Part shown: positions 17,762 to 28,076 of the stretch, piece by piece | Layout: every line of letters begins with the position of its first letter | How positions within the stretch are numbered: the first letter of the stretch is position 1 | Assembly: GCA_015064855.1 (NCBI GenBank) | Contig: SVRK01000005.1 | Location: 33,747-97,746 of the forward strand | From: Oscillospiraceae bacterium | Lineage (GTDB): Bacteria > Bacillota > Clostridia > Oscillospirales > CAG-272 | DNA length: 64,000 bases | Reading direction: 5' to 3' | The notes under the pieces: model-generated | The model's input: the letters and a program-made list of their open reading frames with translations, nothing else | The model's database searches: none | Told to the model about the DNA's origin: nothing | Position numbers and translations under genes: made by a program

Positions 17762-18259
17762 ATGGTTATTTTGGGAATTGACCCCGGCTTTGCTATTGTC
17801 GGTTGGGGAGTGCTTGAATGTGTTAACGGTAAATTTCGCGTTATGGGATATGGCTCTATTCAAACTCAAGCCGGCTTGCCTATTGAGGAGCGTCTTTCGC
17901 AAATATACGATGGAATGAACGCAATAATTGATAAATATAAGCCCGACACAATGGCTATCGAGGAGCTCTTTTGGAACACAAATCAAAAAACAGGTATTTG
18001 CGTTGCCGAGGCGAGAGGTACAATTCTTTTAAGTGCCTACAAGAGAGGGCTGAAAATATTTGAATATACACCACTTCAAGTAAAGCAGTCGGTTGTTGGA
18101 TATGGTAGGGCGGAAAAGAAGCAGGTTATTGCAATGGTTACAACGCTTCTTAATTTACCTAAGCCACCAAAGCCAGATGATACGGCTGATGCGTTAGCAT
18201 TGGCTATATGTCATGGACACGTTGGATCAAACGTGCTAGGAAAATATTATAAAATGTGA
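17762..18259 (+). CDS. ruvC: crossover junction endodeoxyribonuclease RuvC
   Basis: 165-aa ORF. MVILGIDPG (catalytic Asp), AIEELF, and the DDTADALALAICH C-terminal motif. Confidence 0.95.
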   Translation: MVILGIDPGFAIVGWGVLECVNGKFRVMGYGSIQTQAGLPIEERLSQIYDGMNAIIDKYKPDTMAIEELFWNTNQKTGICVAEARGTILLSAYKRGLKIFEYTPLQVKQSVVGYGRAEKKQVIAMVTTLLNLPKPPKPDDTADALALAICHGHVGSNVLGKYYKM

Positions 18260-18267
18260 GGAAGAAT

Positions 18268-19146
18268 ATGTATTTAGCAGAGAATTGGAAGGACTATGAG
18301 CTTTTGGATACCTCGGATGGTGAAAGACTTGAACGCTGGGGAAAATATATTCTTATTCGTCCCGACCCACAGGTTATTTGGAAGGGAAAAAGGGCACACA
18401 AGCTTTGGAACAAAGCGGACGGAATATACCGCCGTTCAAAAAGCGGTGGCGGTGCGTGGATAAAAAATGACGTGCCCGAAAAATGGACGATAAATTATAA
18501 TGGTATGACCTTTAATCTTAAGCCTATGGGCTTTAAGCACACAGGACTTTTTCCTGAACAGGCAGCGAATTGGGATTGGTTTTCTGAGCTTATAAAAGAA
18601 AGAAAAAAAGAAGGCAAGGAAACAAAGGTTCTTAATTTGTTTGCATACACAGGAGGAGCAACAGCGGCGGCTGCAAAAGCAGGCGCATCAGTTGTTCACG
18701 TTGATGCCTCAAAGGGTATGGTTCAGTGTGCAAAGGAAAATTTAGCATCAAGCGGACTCGAAAACGCTCCTGTTAGGTATATAGTTGACGACTGCCGTAA
18801 GTTCGTAGAGCGTGAAATTCGTCGTGGGAATAAATACGATGGTATAATTATGGATCCACCGTCGTATGGAAGAGGACCCGGTGGCGAGGTTTGGAAGCTT
18901 GAGGATGCGGTTTGCGATTTCGTAAGCCTTTGTGAAAAAATCTTGTCAGACGACCCATTGTTTATGCTTATAAATTCATATACAACAGGCTTAAGCGCTT
19001 TGACTATGGGGTACGTCTTAAACGTTGAAATCGTTAGTAAGCACGGTGGCAGAGCAGAAACTGCCGAGCTTGCATTACCTGTTACAGAAACAAAAGGCTT
19101 TTTACCTTGTGGTGCTAGTGCACGATGGGTCGCGGACAAAAAATAA
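18268..19146 (+). CDS. class I SAM-dependent methyltransferase (RlmI/YccW-like C-terminal type)
   Basis: The ORF spans 18256-19146. The likely start is ATG 18268 after GAGGAAG. Motifs: LNLFAYTGGATAAAA (motif I) and IIMDPPSYGRG (motif IV). Confidence 0.7.
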   Translation: MYLAENWKDYELLDTSDGERLERWGKYILIRPDPQVIWKGKRAHKLWNKADGIYRRSKSGGGAWIKNDVPEKWTINYNGMTFNLKPMGFKHTGLFPEQAANWDWFSELIKERKKEGKETKVLNLFAYTGGATAAAAKAGASVVHVDASKGMVQCAKENLASSGLENAPVRYIVDDCRKFVEREIRRGNKYDGIIMDPPSYGRGPGGEVWKLEDAVCDFVSLCEKILSDDPLFMLINSYTTGLSALTMGYVLNVEIVSKHGGRAETAELALPVTETKGFLPCGASARWVADKK

Positions 19147-19166
19147 CATAAAATAAAGGAGATAAT

Positions 19167-20036
19167 ATGAATCCTTTAATTAAATTGGAAAACGTATCGT
19201 TTAAATATCCCGATACCGATAATTTTGAAAATAACTTCGCTCTAAACGACTTTTCTTTAGAGGTAAACGAGGGTGAATTTGTTGCACTTCTCGGGCACAA
19301 CGGCTCGGGTAAATCAACAGCTGCAAAGCTAATAAATATGATACTGACAGCGGATAGCGGAAATATATATATTGACGGCAAAAACATCGCAACCGATGAT
19401 ATTTCTGAAAATGAAATTTACGATATTAGAAAAAACGTTGGTATGGTCTTTCAAAACCCAGATAACCAAATAGTTGCTACTATTGTTGAGGAGGATGTTG
19501 CCTTTGGACCTGAAAATCTGGGAGTTGAGCCGAGTCAAATTAGAGAAAGGGTAGACGAGGCACTAAAGATTGTAGGAATGCAGGAATATGCACGTCACGC
19601 ACCTCACCGCTTGTCAGGCGGACAAAAGCAGAGGGTTGCAATAGCGGGGGTTATCGCTATGAAGCCACGCTGTATAATATTCGATGAATCAACTGCAATG
19701 CTTGATCCTCTTGGTAGAAAAGAGGTTATGAACACTATTTTGCGCTTGAACAAAGAAGAAAATATCACAATTATTCTAATAACGCACTATATGAATGAGG
19801 CGATTTTGGCTGACAAGGTTGTCGTTATGAAAAATGGCTCTAAATATTTGGAGGGAACGCCAAACGAGGTCTTTTCAAATCCTGAAAGGCTTTGGAGAGC
19901 AGGACTTGAGGTTCCACAGTCGGTAGAGCTTATGTATGCTTTAAATAAGGAGTTGAATACGGAAATTCCGCTAGGAGTGTACGATTTTGACACTTGTGCA
20001 GAGCTAATAAAAGAAAAATTGAAAAAAAACAGGTAG
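19167..20036 (+). CDS. ecfA1: ECF transporter ATPase component EcfA1
   Basis: Walker [10 protein letters not shown], signature LSGGQKQR, Walker B IIFDE. First gene of the conserved ecfA1-ecfA2-ecfT-truA arrangement. Confidence 0.9.
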   Translation: MNPLIKLENVSFKYPDTDNFENNFALNDFSLEVNEGEFVALLGHNGSGKSTAAKLINMILTADSGNIYIDGKNIATDDISENEIYDIRKNVGMVFQNPDNQIVATIVEEDVAFGPENLGVEPSQIRERVDEALKIVGMQEYARHAPHRLSGGQKQRVAIAGVIAMKPRCIIFDESTAMLDPLGRKEVMNTILRLNKEENITIILITHYMNEAILADKVVVMKNGSKYLEGTPNEVFSNPERLWRAGLEVPQSVELMYALNKELNTEIPLGVYDFDTCAELIKEKLKKNR

Positions 20037-20040
20037 AAAA

Positions 20041-20922
20041 ATGTCTATAATTGAGCTAAAGGACGTGTCTTTTATATATGGCAAAAAAACGCCGTATGAA
20101 ATAAAAGCGCTTGACAATGTAAACTTGAATATTGAAGAAAATTTAATAACAGGTCTTATCGGACATACAGGATCGGGCAAATCGACCTTGGTTCAGCTTC
20201 TCAACGGACTTTTAAAGCCTTCCTTTGGTACGGTTTTCGTTGATGGCGAGGACATTTGGAAAAAGCCGAAGAAAATAGGACAGGTGCGCTTTAAGGTTGG
20301 TATGGTAATGCAGTATCCGGAATATCAGCTTTTCGCTGATACTGTGTGGGAGGATATTGCATATGGACCTAAAAATATGAAGCTTTCAAACGAAGAAATT
20401 GAAATCAGAGTTCAAAAAAGCATAGAGTTTTGTGGTCTTGATAAGGAAATTTTGTCGAAATCCCCGTTTGATTTATCCGGTGGACAAAAGCGTCGTGTAG
20501 CTTTGGCAGGCGTTATGGCTATGAACCCTAAAATCTTGATTTTAGATGAGCCGGCAGCGGGACTTGACCCCAAGGGCAGACGTGAAATTCTTGGCGGTAT
20601 AAAAAGATATCGTGAGGAAAGCGGAACAACTGTAATCATTGTCAGCCATAGTATGGAGGATATGGCAATGTATTGCGATAGAGTTGTCGTTATGTCAAAA
20701 TCCAAGCTTCTTTTGAATGGAACCTGCAAAGAGGTGTTTTCACAGCATCAGCTTCTAAAGGAAAACGGACTCGACGTGCCTGAAATTACAAATATAGTTT
20801 TGAAGCTTCGTGAAAAGGGAATAAATATACCGAGCGATATTTACACCGTTGAAGGTGCCATAGAGGCTATATGCAAAAGCCTTACCTCTAATGCGGAAAA
20901 GGAGGTAAAAAATGGGATTTGA
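20041..20922 (+). CDS. ecfA2: ECF transporter ATPase component EcfA2
   Basis: Walker A GHTGSGKST, signature LSGGQKRR, Walker B LILDEP. Confidence 0.9.
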   Translation: MSIIELKDVSFIYGKKTPYEIKALDNVNLNIEENLITGLIGHTGSGKSTLVQLLNGLLKPSFGTVFVDGEDIWKKPKKIGQVRFKVGMVMQYPEYQLFADTVWEDIAYGPKNMKLSNEEIEIRVQKSIEFCGLDKEILSKSPFDLSGGQKRRVALAGVMAMNPKILILDEPAAGLDPKGRREILGGIKRYREESGTTVIIVSHSMEDMAMYCDRVVVMSKSKLLLNGTCKEVFSQHQLLKENGLDVPEITNIVLKLREKGINIPSDIYTVEGAIEAICKSLTSNAEKEVKNGI

Positions 20923-21751
20923 CGTTTCTTTAGGACAATATTATGAAGCAAAGTCCTTGATTCATAAGCTAGACCCAAGAACAAAGCTCCTTTTTGTTCT
21001 AACGTTTATGATATCAACCTTCATTGCGAAGGATATATATGCATTTCTATTTTTGCTCGGCGTGGTTTTACTTTCTATTATTGTAAGCCGAGTGCCAATG
21101 AGAGTGATACTTAAAGGTCTTCGCGGACTAGCTATTATAATTCTTTTTACTGCAGTATTAAATATTTTTTGGACAAAGGGCGAAGGAGATCCTTTGGTAT
21201 CTTGGAGATTGATTCCAAACGTTTTTACGGTAAATATTTATAAGGTGGGCTTAATCAATGCAGGTATTTTAGCGCTGAGAATAGTAATGCTTTTAATAGG
21301 CACAACGTTATTTTTATCATATACAACTACGCCTATTGAATTGACAGACGGAATTGAAACCGCTTTATCACCACTTAAAAAAATCAAGCTTCCGGTGCAT
21401 GAGTTTTCTATGCTTATGACAATAGCATTGCGTTTTATTCCTACTTTAACGGAGGAAATGGGAAAAATAATCAATGCACAAAAGGCAAGGGGCGGAGATT
21501 TTTCAAGTGGCGGACTTATCAAAAAGGTAAAAGCGTTAATTCCTATAATAATTCCACTTTTTGTTTCGGCGTTCAGACGTGCTGACGAGCTAGCTACTGC
21601 TATGGAATGTCGTTGCTATCGTGGAGGCACAGGAAGAACACGAATGAAAAAATTAAAATTCAAGGTTAAGGACTTTTTCGGAATGGCAATTTCACTGGCT
21701 TTGCCGGTTGCTGTGCTATTTATGAATAGTCTTCCCGGATATGAGATTTAA
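20912..21751 (+). CDS. ecfT: ECF transporter transmembrane component EcfT
   Basis: 279-aa polytopic ORF (CbiQ family) with the conserved ARG (QKARG) region. It overlaps ecfA2 by 11 nt. Confidence 0.9.
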   Translation: MGFDVSLGQYYEAKSLIHKLDPRTKLLFVLTFMISTFIAKDIYAFLFLLGVVLLSIIVSRVPMRVILKGLRGLAIIILFTAVLNIFWTKGEGDPLVSWRLIPNVFTVNIYKVGLINAGILALRIVMLLIGTTLFLSYTTTPIELTDGIETALSPLKKIKLPVHEFSMLMTIALRFIPTLTEEMGKIINAQKARGGDFSSGGLIKKVKALIPIIIPLFVSAFRRADELATAMECRCYRGGTGRTRMKKLKFKVKDFFGMAISLALPVAVLFMNSLPGYEI

Positions 21752-21753
21752 TA

Positions 21754-22518
21754 ATGAAAAAGGTTTTACTTACTATCACATACAATGGGCACAATTATTG
21801 TGGATATCAGCTTCAAAACGATAAGCCTACTATCGCTCTTGAAATCAACAGAGCCACAAAGGAGGCTTTTGGATTTGATTGCGACGTAAAGGGGTGCAGT
21901 CGTACAGATAGTGGAGTTCACGCACTCGGCTTTTGCGTTACTGTTGAGCCAAAAAACGAGTGTGATGAAATTACTGTCCCACTTGATAAAATTCCAATAG
22001 CTATGAATATTAAATTGCCTAGCGATATATCGGTTTTGTCGGCAAAAGAGGTGGAGAAGAATTTTCATCCTCGTTATGATGCCAAGAAAAAGGAATATGT
22101 TTATAAGATTCACGCAAGCAAAATTAGAAATCCGTTTTACTCCAATTTGGCTCTTGAATATGGCCGTGAAATAAGCGACGAAAGCCTTGAAAAAATGACA
22201 CGTGCCGCAGCGTTTTTCAAAGGAACTCATAAATTTGATGCATTTATGTCAGTGGGGTCTAAAATAGAAGACACCGAGCGTACAGTATATGAAAGCCGTG
22301 TTGAAAGAAACGGAGATTTAGTTGAATTTACAGTAATTGCCGATGGATTTCTATACAATATGGTTAGAATAATGGTAGGCACGTTACTTTTTGTTGAGTC
22401 GGGGAAAATTTTACCTGCGGAGATACCATCAATTATCGAATCAAGAAAAAGAGATAATGCGGGCTTTACTGCTAAGCCTGAGGGCCTATACCTCAAAAAA
22501 ATTTATTACGATTGTTGA
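21754..22518 (+). CDS. truA: tRNA pseudouridine(38-40) synthase TruA
   Basis: 254-aa ORF with the catalytic region GCSRTDSGVHA and the MVRIMVGTL motif. Confidence 0.93.
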   Translation: MKKVLLTITYNGHNYCGYQLQNDKPTIALEINRATKEAFGFDCDVKGCSRTDSGVHALGFCVTVEPKNECDEITVPLDKIPIAMNIKLPSDISVLSAKEVEKNFHPRYDAKKKEYVYKIHASKIRNPFYSNLALEYGREISDESLEKMTRAAAFFKGTHKFDAFMSVGSKIEDTERTVYESRVERNGDLVEFTVIADGFLYNMVRIMVGTLLFVESGKILPAEIPSIIESRKRDNAGFTAKPEGLYLKKIYYDC

Positions 22519-22543
22519 CATAATTACAATATAATGGTATAAT
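22515..22543 (+). promoter_or_regulatory. candidate sigma-A promoter of the first cvpA-like gene
   Basis: TTGACA (22515-22520, overlapping the truA stop), 17-nt spacer, TATAAT (22538-22543), preceded by TGG. Confidence 0.45.
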
Positions 22544-22578
22544 ATAATGAGATAAAATTTAGGAAAAGGAGGAATGTT

Positions 22579-23367
22579 ATGGCGGAACATATCATTAGCT
22601 TTGTTTTAGACGCTTTCTTGGTCGGACTTATAGCATTTATTGTTATAAGACACGCAATACGTGGCTTTTTAAATTCATTCATTTCTGTCATTAAAACTCT
22701 CCTTGCACCATTTCTTGCTGTTGTTTTCAATTTGCCTCTGGCAAGACTGATAAGTGGTTGGTTCTTTGCTACTCCCGCAAAGGGATGGATAAAGGATTGG
22801 CTTTTATCAACCGAGCAGGTCACACTTGAAAACGGCGATATTGCATATGAGGTTCACTCGTTCTTTGATGGTATTCCTAAGTTTGTAGTTGACTTTATTC
22901 TTCAGTCGGGTGAAGAGGATTATAGTGGCAGACATATGATGAGTGAGCATTTTTCCGGCTTGGAGGAGGGCATAGACCCAATACCTGCTACGCTTGAGGA
23001 AATTGATATCATTTCTGATTTTCTAGGTAATCGCTTAGCACTGGGAATATCCATAGTTGTTTCATTTATCATAATTTTTGTGGTTTTGGAAATATTCTTC
23101 TTGATTTTTGGAAAAGTTTTAAACAAAATTTTGAATAAAGCAACAATAGTTAAAAGAATCAATATTGCACTGGGTGCACTTGTCGGTCTTTTGTTAGGAG
23201 CTTTAGTTATTTGGGTAATTTCATTTGGAATTGGAAGACTGTTTATGTTCGGTTCTCACTATTATGCAAACGTCTTTAAAAATTCCATAATAGAAAACAC
23301 GCTAGTGCTTAATTTCTTTGTCAAGAACGACCTTTGGGAAGCAATAAAGATAGTCGCTATAAATTAA
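22579..23367 (+). CDS. CvpA-family membrane protein
   Basis: 262-aa ORF with an N-terminal CvpA-like pattern (VLDAFLVGLIAFIVIRHAIRGFLNSF) and 4 or more TM segments. Confidence 0.6.
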   Translation: MAEHIISFVLDAFLVGLIAFIVIRHAIRGFLNSFISVIKTLLAPFLAVVFNLPLARLISGWFFATPAKGWIKDWLLSTEQVTLENGDIAYEVHSFFDGIPKFVVDFILQSGEEDYSGRHMMSEHFSGLEEGIDPIPATLEEIDIISDFLGNRLALGISIVVSFIIIFVVLEIFFLIFGKVLNKILNKATIVKRINIALGALVGLLLGALVIWVISFGIGRLFMFGSHYYANVFKNSIIENTLVLNFFVKNDLWEAIKIVAIN

Positions 23368-23427
23368 TATACAGAAATTTATACAGTCCCATATTATTAA
23401 TATACTAGTATAGAAAAGGAGAGAATT

Positions 23428-24156
23428 ATGAACGTAAGCACAATTGTAGACATAGTTTTATGCTCATTAGCTGTGCTGATTGTGTTAAAATTCAGCATAA
23501 AAGGCTTCGTTTGTAGCTTGCTAGATTTGGCGAAAGCAATTCTTTCCTTGGCAATCGCTTTTCTTTTGCGTATTCCTCTTGCAAATCTGTTTAATGATTT
23601 GTTTATGGAAAATGCAATAATCGGTGTGCTAAAGGACTCCTTAAAAGCCTTTTCGGAAAACGACCCTGCAAAAATTAAAATTGATTTGAGCGTGCTTAAT
23701 AATACTCCGCAATTCTTTGAAAAGTTTCTAACGCATTTCGGTTTGGATTTTGAAAAATTCAAACAGGAGCTTGAGCTTTTCTATAATCAAGACGATATTA
23801 GCGTTATTGACTCACTTGCCGAAAACGTGGGAGGAGCTATGGCAACGGTGTTGTCAACGATAATAGCCTTTGTTGCTCTTCTTTTAGGTTCTTACATAGC
23901 GCTTACAATAATTTTTGCTTTTATATCTCACTTGAGAAGATTTGATGGCGTTAAAACAGTGGATAGGATTTTAGGTGTTGCGTTAGGAATGGTAATTGCA
24001 ATAACTGTTTTGTGGGGGTGCACACAGGGGATTCTATTTGCGGGAAGGCTATTGCCCGACTATATAAATGAGGATACAATGGGTAAATCAATGGTTGTAT
24101 CTATTTTTAAAAATTTAGATTTGGTAGATTTTATTATGGATAGGTTTTATTCATAA
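23428..24156 (+). CDS. CvpA-family membrane protein (paralog)
   Basis: 242-aa ORF with the same N-terminal pattern (IVDIVLCSLAVLIVLKFSIKGFVCSL). Confidence 0.6.
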   Translation: MNVSTIVDIVLCSLAVLIVLKFSIKGFVCSLLDLAKAILSLAIAFLLRIPLANLFNDLFMENAIIGVLKDSLKAFSENDPAKIKIDLSVLNNTPQFFEKFLTHFGLDFEKFKQELELFYNQDDISVIDSLAENVGGAMATVLSTIIAFVALLLGSYIALTIIFAFISHLRRFDGVKTVDRILGVALGMVIAITVLWGCTQGILFAGRLLPDYINEDTMGKSMVVSIFKNLDLVDFIMDRFYS

Positions 24157-24182
24157 TCGGCATAGATAAAGAGGAAACAATT

Positions 24183-26462
24183 ATGGAAATGTGTACTAGA
24201 TGCAAAAAAAGACCGGCTACGGTTTATATAATGAAGCTTGAAAATGGTGTGCAAAAGCAAGAGGGGCTTTGCCTTGTTTGTGCAAAGGAGCTTGGAATTA
24301 AGCCTGTCAATGATATGATGACAAAAATGGGCATAACAGAGGAAGAGCTTGAAAATATGGAAAAAATGTTTGCCGAAATGCTTCCGGTTGCAAGCGAAGA
24401 TGATGGAGAAGACGAAACCGAAGGTGATGATTCTCCAACGATGGATTTTTCAAAAATAATGAAAAACTTTGGCATGGCTGAAAATTCAAAAGAGGAAAAG
24501 GGCAAGAAAAAGGATAAAAAGAAGGACGAAAGAAAGCATCTTAATACCTTCTGCACCAACTTAACACAAAGTGCATTAAACGGTAAGCTGGATAGAATCA
24601 TTGGCAGAAAAAGAGAGCTTGAAAGAGTAATCCAAATTCTTTCTCGCCGCCAAAAGAACAACCCTTGCCTAATTGGTGAGCCCGGTGTCGGTAAAACTGC
24701 TATTGCAGAGGCGTTAGCGCAAAGAATTGTTGATGGTGACGTTCCCCATAAGCTAAAAAAGTGCGAGGTCTATCTTGTTGACTTAACTGCACTTGTTGCA
24801 GGCACACAGTTTAGAGGTCAGTTTGAAGCAAGAATTAACGGACTTTTAAAAGAGGTTAAGGAAGCGGGCAATATTATCCTCGTTATTGACGAGATCCATA
24901 ATATAGTAGGCACAGGTAACTCCGAGGGCAGCATGAATGCTGCTAACATCTTAAAGCCGGCTCTTTCTAGAGGAGAAATTCAGGTTATAGGTGCTACTAC
25001 CTTGAAGGAATATCGCAAATATATTGAGAAGGATTCAGCTCTTGAAAGACGTTTCCAGCCTGTCAAGGTTGAGGAGCCGTCAATAGAGGAATCTATCGAA
25101 ATGATAAAGGGAATTAAGCACTACTATGAAATTTATCACGGTGTTAAAATTTCCGACGAGATGGCAAAAAGCGCAGTGGTTATGAGTGAAAGATATATCA
25201 CGGATAGATTTTTGCCTGATAAAGCAATAGACTTAATTGACGAGGCTTGCTCGCATATTATTCTCCACGCTCCACATATTAATGAGCGCCATAGAGTTAT
25301 AGAAAAGCTTGCCGAGGTTGACACAAAAACAGAGGCGTTAAACGCGAAAATCGCAGAGGGCGGAAAAGAGCCGAATCATAGCGAATATAAACAGCTTGCA
25401 GAGCTTAAAACCGAGCGTTCAATGCTTCTTCTTGACAAGGAAAGACTTGACAAGGAATGCGAAAACACTGTAATGACAAAGCAAGACCTAGCCGGTGTCA
25501 TCGAGATTTGGACAGGTATACCTGCAAGCAATATTTCCGAGGAGGAGTTTGAAATGCTCGCTTCTCTTGAGGATAAAATCAAATCAAGAATTGTTGGTCA
25601 AGATGAGGCTGTTAAATCTCTTTGTGCCGCAATTAGAAGAAATAGAGCAGGAGTTAGCATCAAAAAGCGCCCTGCATCCTTCATTTTTGCAGGTCCTACC
25701 GGCGTTGGAAAAACCGAGCTTGTAAAAACTCTTGCAAACGAGCTGTTTAACACCCCTGATTCACTTATACGTCTTGATATGACCGAGTTTATGGAAAAGC
25801 ATTCCGTGTCCAAAATTATTGGCTCTCCTCCCGGATATGTTGGATATGATGAGGCAGGACAACTGACTGAAAAAATCAGACGCTCACCATATTCGGTGGT
25901 TCTTTTTGACGAGATTGAAAAGGCGCATCCTGACGTATTAAATATCCTTCTTCAAATTCTTGACGAGGGTAAAATTGCCGATTCGCAAGGAAGAACGATA
26001 AACTTTGAGAACACTGTTATAATTATGACTACAAACGCAGGTGCAACCTTGACCTCATCACAAGCGGGATTTGGCTCTAGCTCACAAGAGGTTGCAAAGG
26101 AGAAGACCGAAAAGGCACTTTCTTCTTTCTTGCGTCCCGAATTTATTAACAGAATAGATGAGATTATAACCTTCCGTTCGCTTGAGGAAGAGGATTTTGT
26201 TGAAATTGCAAAGATTATGCTCAATGATATGAAGGTGGCATTGGCTGAAAGAAATATCAAGTTCACATATACACCTAAAACCTGCAAATTTATTGCAAAG
26301 GAATCCTTTAGTAAAAAATTCGGTGCAAGAAATATGCGTAGATATATTCAAACCGAGATTGAGGATAAGCTTGCACACGCAATTATATTTGAAATTAAGG
26401 GCAATATAATCGGCGCAAGCGTGGACGTTAAGGATCAAAAAATTGTTGTAGAATGCATTTAA
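24183..26462 (+). CDS. ClpA/B/C-class double AAA+ ATPase (ClpC-like) with an N-terminal C4 zinc-ribbon-like segment
   Basis: 759-aa ORF. CTRC...CLVC at the N-terminus. Two Walker A motifs (GEPGVGKTA, GPTGVGKTE), a short middle coiled-coil, and an AGFG loop at the position of the ClpP-docking tripeptide. Confidence 0.88.
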   Translation: MEMCTRCKKRPATVYIMKLENGVQKQEGLCLVCAKELGIKPVNDMMTKMGITEEELENMEKMFAEMLPVASEDDGEDETEGDDSPTMDFSKIMKNFGMAENSKEEKGKKKDKKKDERKHLNTFCTNLTQSALNGKLDRIIGRKRELERVIQILSRRQKNNPCLIGEPGVGKTAIAEALAQRIVDGDVPHKLKKCEVYLVDLTALVAGTQFRGQFEARINGLLKEVKEAGNIILVIDEIHNIVGTGNSEGSMNAANILKPALSRGEIQVIGATTLKEYRKYIEKDSALERRFQPVKVEEPSIEESIEMIKGIKHYYEIYHGVKISDEMAKSAVVMSERYITDRFLPDKAIDLIDEACSHIILHAPHINERHRVIEKLAEVDTKTEALNAKIAEGGKEPNHSEYKQLAELKTERSMLLLDKERLDKECENTVMTKQDLAGVIEIWTGIPASNISEEEFEMLASLEDKIKSRIVGQDEAVKSLCAAIRRNRAGVSIKKRPASFIFAGPTGVGKTELVKTLANELFNTPDSLIRLDMTEFMEKHSVSKIIGSPPGYVGYDEAGQLTEKIRRSPYSVVLFDEIEKAHPDVLNILLQILDEGKIADSQGRTINFENTVIIMTTNAGATLTSSQAGFGSSSQEVAKEKTEKALSSFLRPEFINRIDEIITFRSLEEEDFVEIAKIMLNDMKVALAERNIKFTYTPKTCKFIAKESFSKKFGARNMRRYIQTEIEDKLAHAIIFEIKGNIIGASVDVKDQKIVVECI

Positions 26463-26469
26463 TTTAATA

Positions 26470-26507
26470 AAAACCGCCTGTTTTTTTAAAAATAGGTGGT
26501 TTTTTTA
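26470..26507 (+). terminator. terminator-like hairpin after the Clp ATPase gene
   Basis: AAACCGCCT ... AGGTGGTTT followed by TTTTTT. The loop is rather long. Confidence 0.5.
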
Positions 26508-26599
26508 TAATTTTTTTTACTTTAGTTTAATAAAGTACTTGAAATTGTTTTTTGCGTGTGATATTATATTTTATATTGTTTATCATTCGAGAGGTAAAA

Positions 26600-28036
26600 A
26601 TGGCTAACGATAAGAAAATGGTAGAGCAAATCACCTCAATGGAAGAGGATTTTGCTAAATGGTATACCGATGTAGTTAAAAAGGCTGACTTGATTGACTA
26701 CTCAAGTGTAAAAGGATGTATGATTATTCGTCCTTACGGATATGCAATTTGGGAAAACATTCAAAAGCTACTCGATGCCAGATTTAAAAAGACAGGCGTT
26801 GAGAATATTTATATGCCGATGTTTATTCCTGAATCACTTTTAAATAAGGAAAAGGATCACGTTGAGGGCTTTGCTCCCGAGGTTGCTTGGGTAACACACG
26901 GCGGCAGTGAAAGACTTACAGAGCGCCTTTGTGTTCGTCCAACGTCCGAAACCCTTTTCTGTGAGCATTATGCAAACATCATTCGTTCATATAGAGATCT
27001 TCCAAAGCTTTATAACCAATGGTGTAGCGTAGTAAGATGGGAAAAAACAACACGTCCATTCTTACGCTCACGTGAGTTCTTGTGGCAAGAGGGACATACA
27101 ATGCACGCAACAGCCGAGGATGCAGAAAACGAAACGCTTCAAATGCTTAACGTTTACGCGGACTTCTTTGAAAAGGACCTTGGAATTCCTGTTTTAAAGG
27201 GTAAAAAGACAGACAAGGAAAAGTTTGCAGGCGCGAAGGCTACGTATACTGTCGAGGCTCTTATGCACGACGGTAAAGCACTTCAAGGCGGTACTAGCCA
27301 TAACTTTGGTGATGGCTTTGCAAAGGCATTTAATATTCAATATCTTGATAAGGATAACACACTTAAATATTGTCACCAAACATCTTGGGGTGTTTCAACA
27401 AGAATTATCGGTGCTATTATTATGACTCACGGCGATGACAATGGTCTTGTTTTGCCACCGCAGGTTGCGCCAATTCAAGTTGTTGTTATTCCTTGTGCTC
27501 AGCATAAGCCCGGCGTTATTGAAAAGGCAACCGAGGTTATGGAAAGAGTAAACAATTTTGCAAGAGCAAAGATTGATATTTCTGACAACTCACCCGGATG
27601 GAAGTATGCGGAATATGAGATGAAGGGCGTTCCGCTTCGTCTTGAAATCGGTCCTCGTGACATTGAAAATAACCAATGCGTTTTGGTTCGTCGTGATAAT
27701 AGAGAAAAGATTTTCGTTTCCCTTGACGAGCTTGAAACAAAAATTCCAGAGCTTCTTGCAGACATTACTTTGGGACTATATAATAAAGCGTCAGAAAATA
27801 GAAAAAATCGCACTTATACCGAAACAGAGCTTGACAGCTTCATTAAAACTGCAAGCGAAAAATCGGGATACATCAAAGCACATTGGTGTGGAAATCTTGA
27901 GTGTGAATTAAAGCTCAAAGAGGTTGCAGATGTTACATCACGCTGTATGCCACTTGACGAGCAAGGAACAACCGGTAAATGCGTATGCTGTGGAAAAGAA
28001 ACAGATAAGCTTGTTTACTGGGGCAAAGCATATTAA
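26600..28036 (+). CDS. proS: proline--tRNA ligase (archaeal/eukaryote-like type without the INS editing domain)
   Basis: The ORF spans 26552-28036. The likely start is ATG 26600 after GAGG. Class II aaRS motifs and a C-terminal zinc-binding end (CVCCGKE...YWGKAY). Confidence 0.95.
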   Translation: MANDKKMVEQITSMEEDFAKWYTDVVKKADLIDYSSVKGCMIIRPYGYAIWENIQKLLDARFKKTGVENIYMPMFIPESLLNKEKDHVEGFAPEVAWVTHGGSERLTERLCVRPTSETLFCEHYANIIRSYRDLPKLYNQWCSVVRWEKTTRPFLRSREFLWQEGHTMHATAEDAENETLQMLNVYADFFEKDLGIPVLKGKKTDKEKFAGAKATYTVEALMHDGKALQGGTSHNFGDGFAKAFNIQYLDKDNTLKYCHQTSWGVSTRIIGAIIMTHGDDNGLVLPPQVAPIQVVVIPCAQHKPGVIEKATEVMERVNNFARAKIDISDNSPGWKYAEYEMKGVPLRLEIGPRDIENNQCVLVRRDNREKIFVSLDELETKIPELLADITLGLYNKASENRKNRTYTETELDSFIKTASEKSGYIKAHWCGNLECELKLKEVADVTSRCMPLDEQGTTGKCVCCGKETDKLVYWGKAY

Positions 28037-28076
28037 TTAATTTTAAATTGAAATTTATTTTTGGAGGAAACCAATT

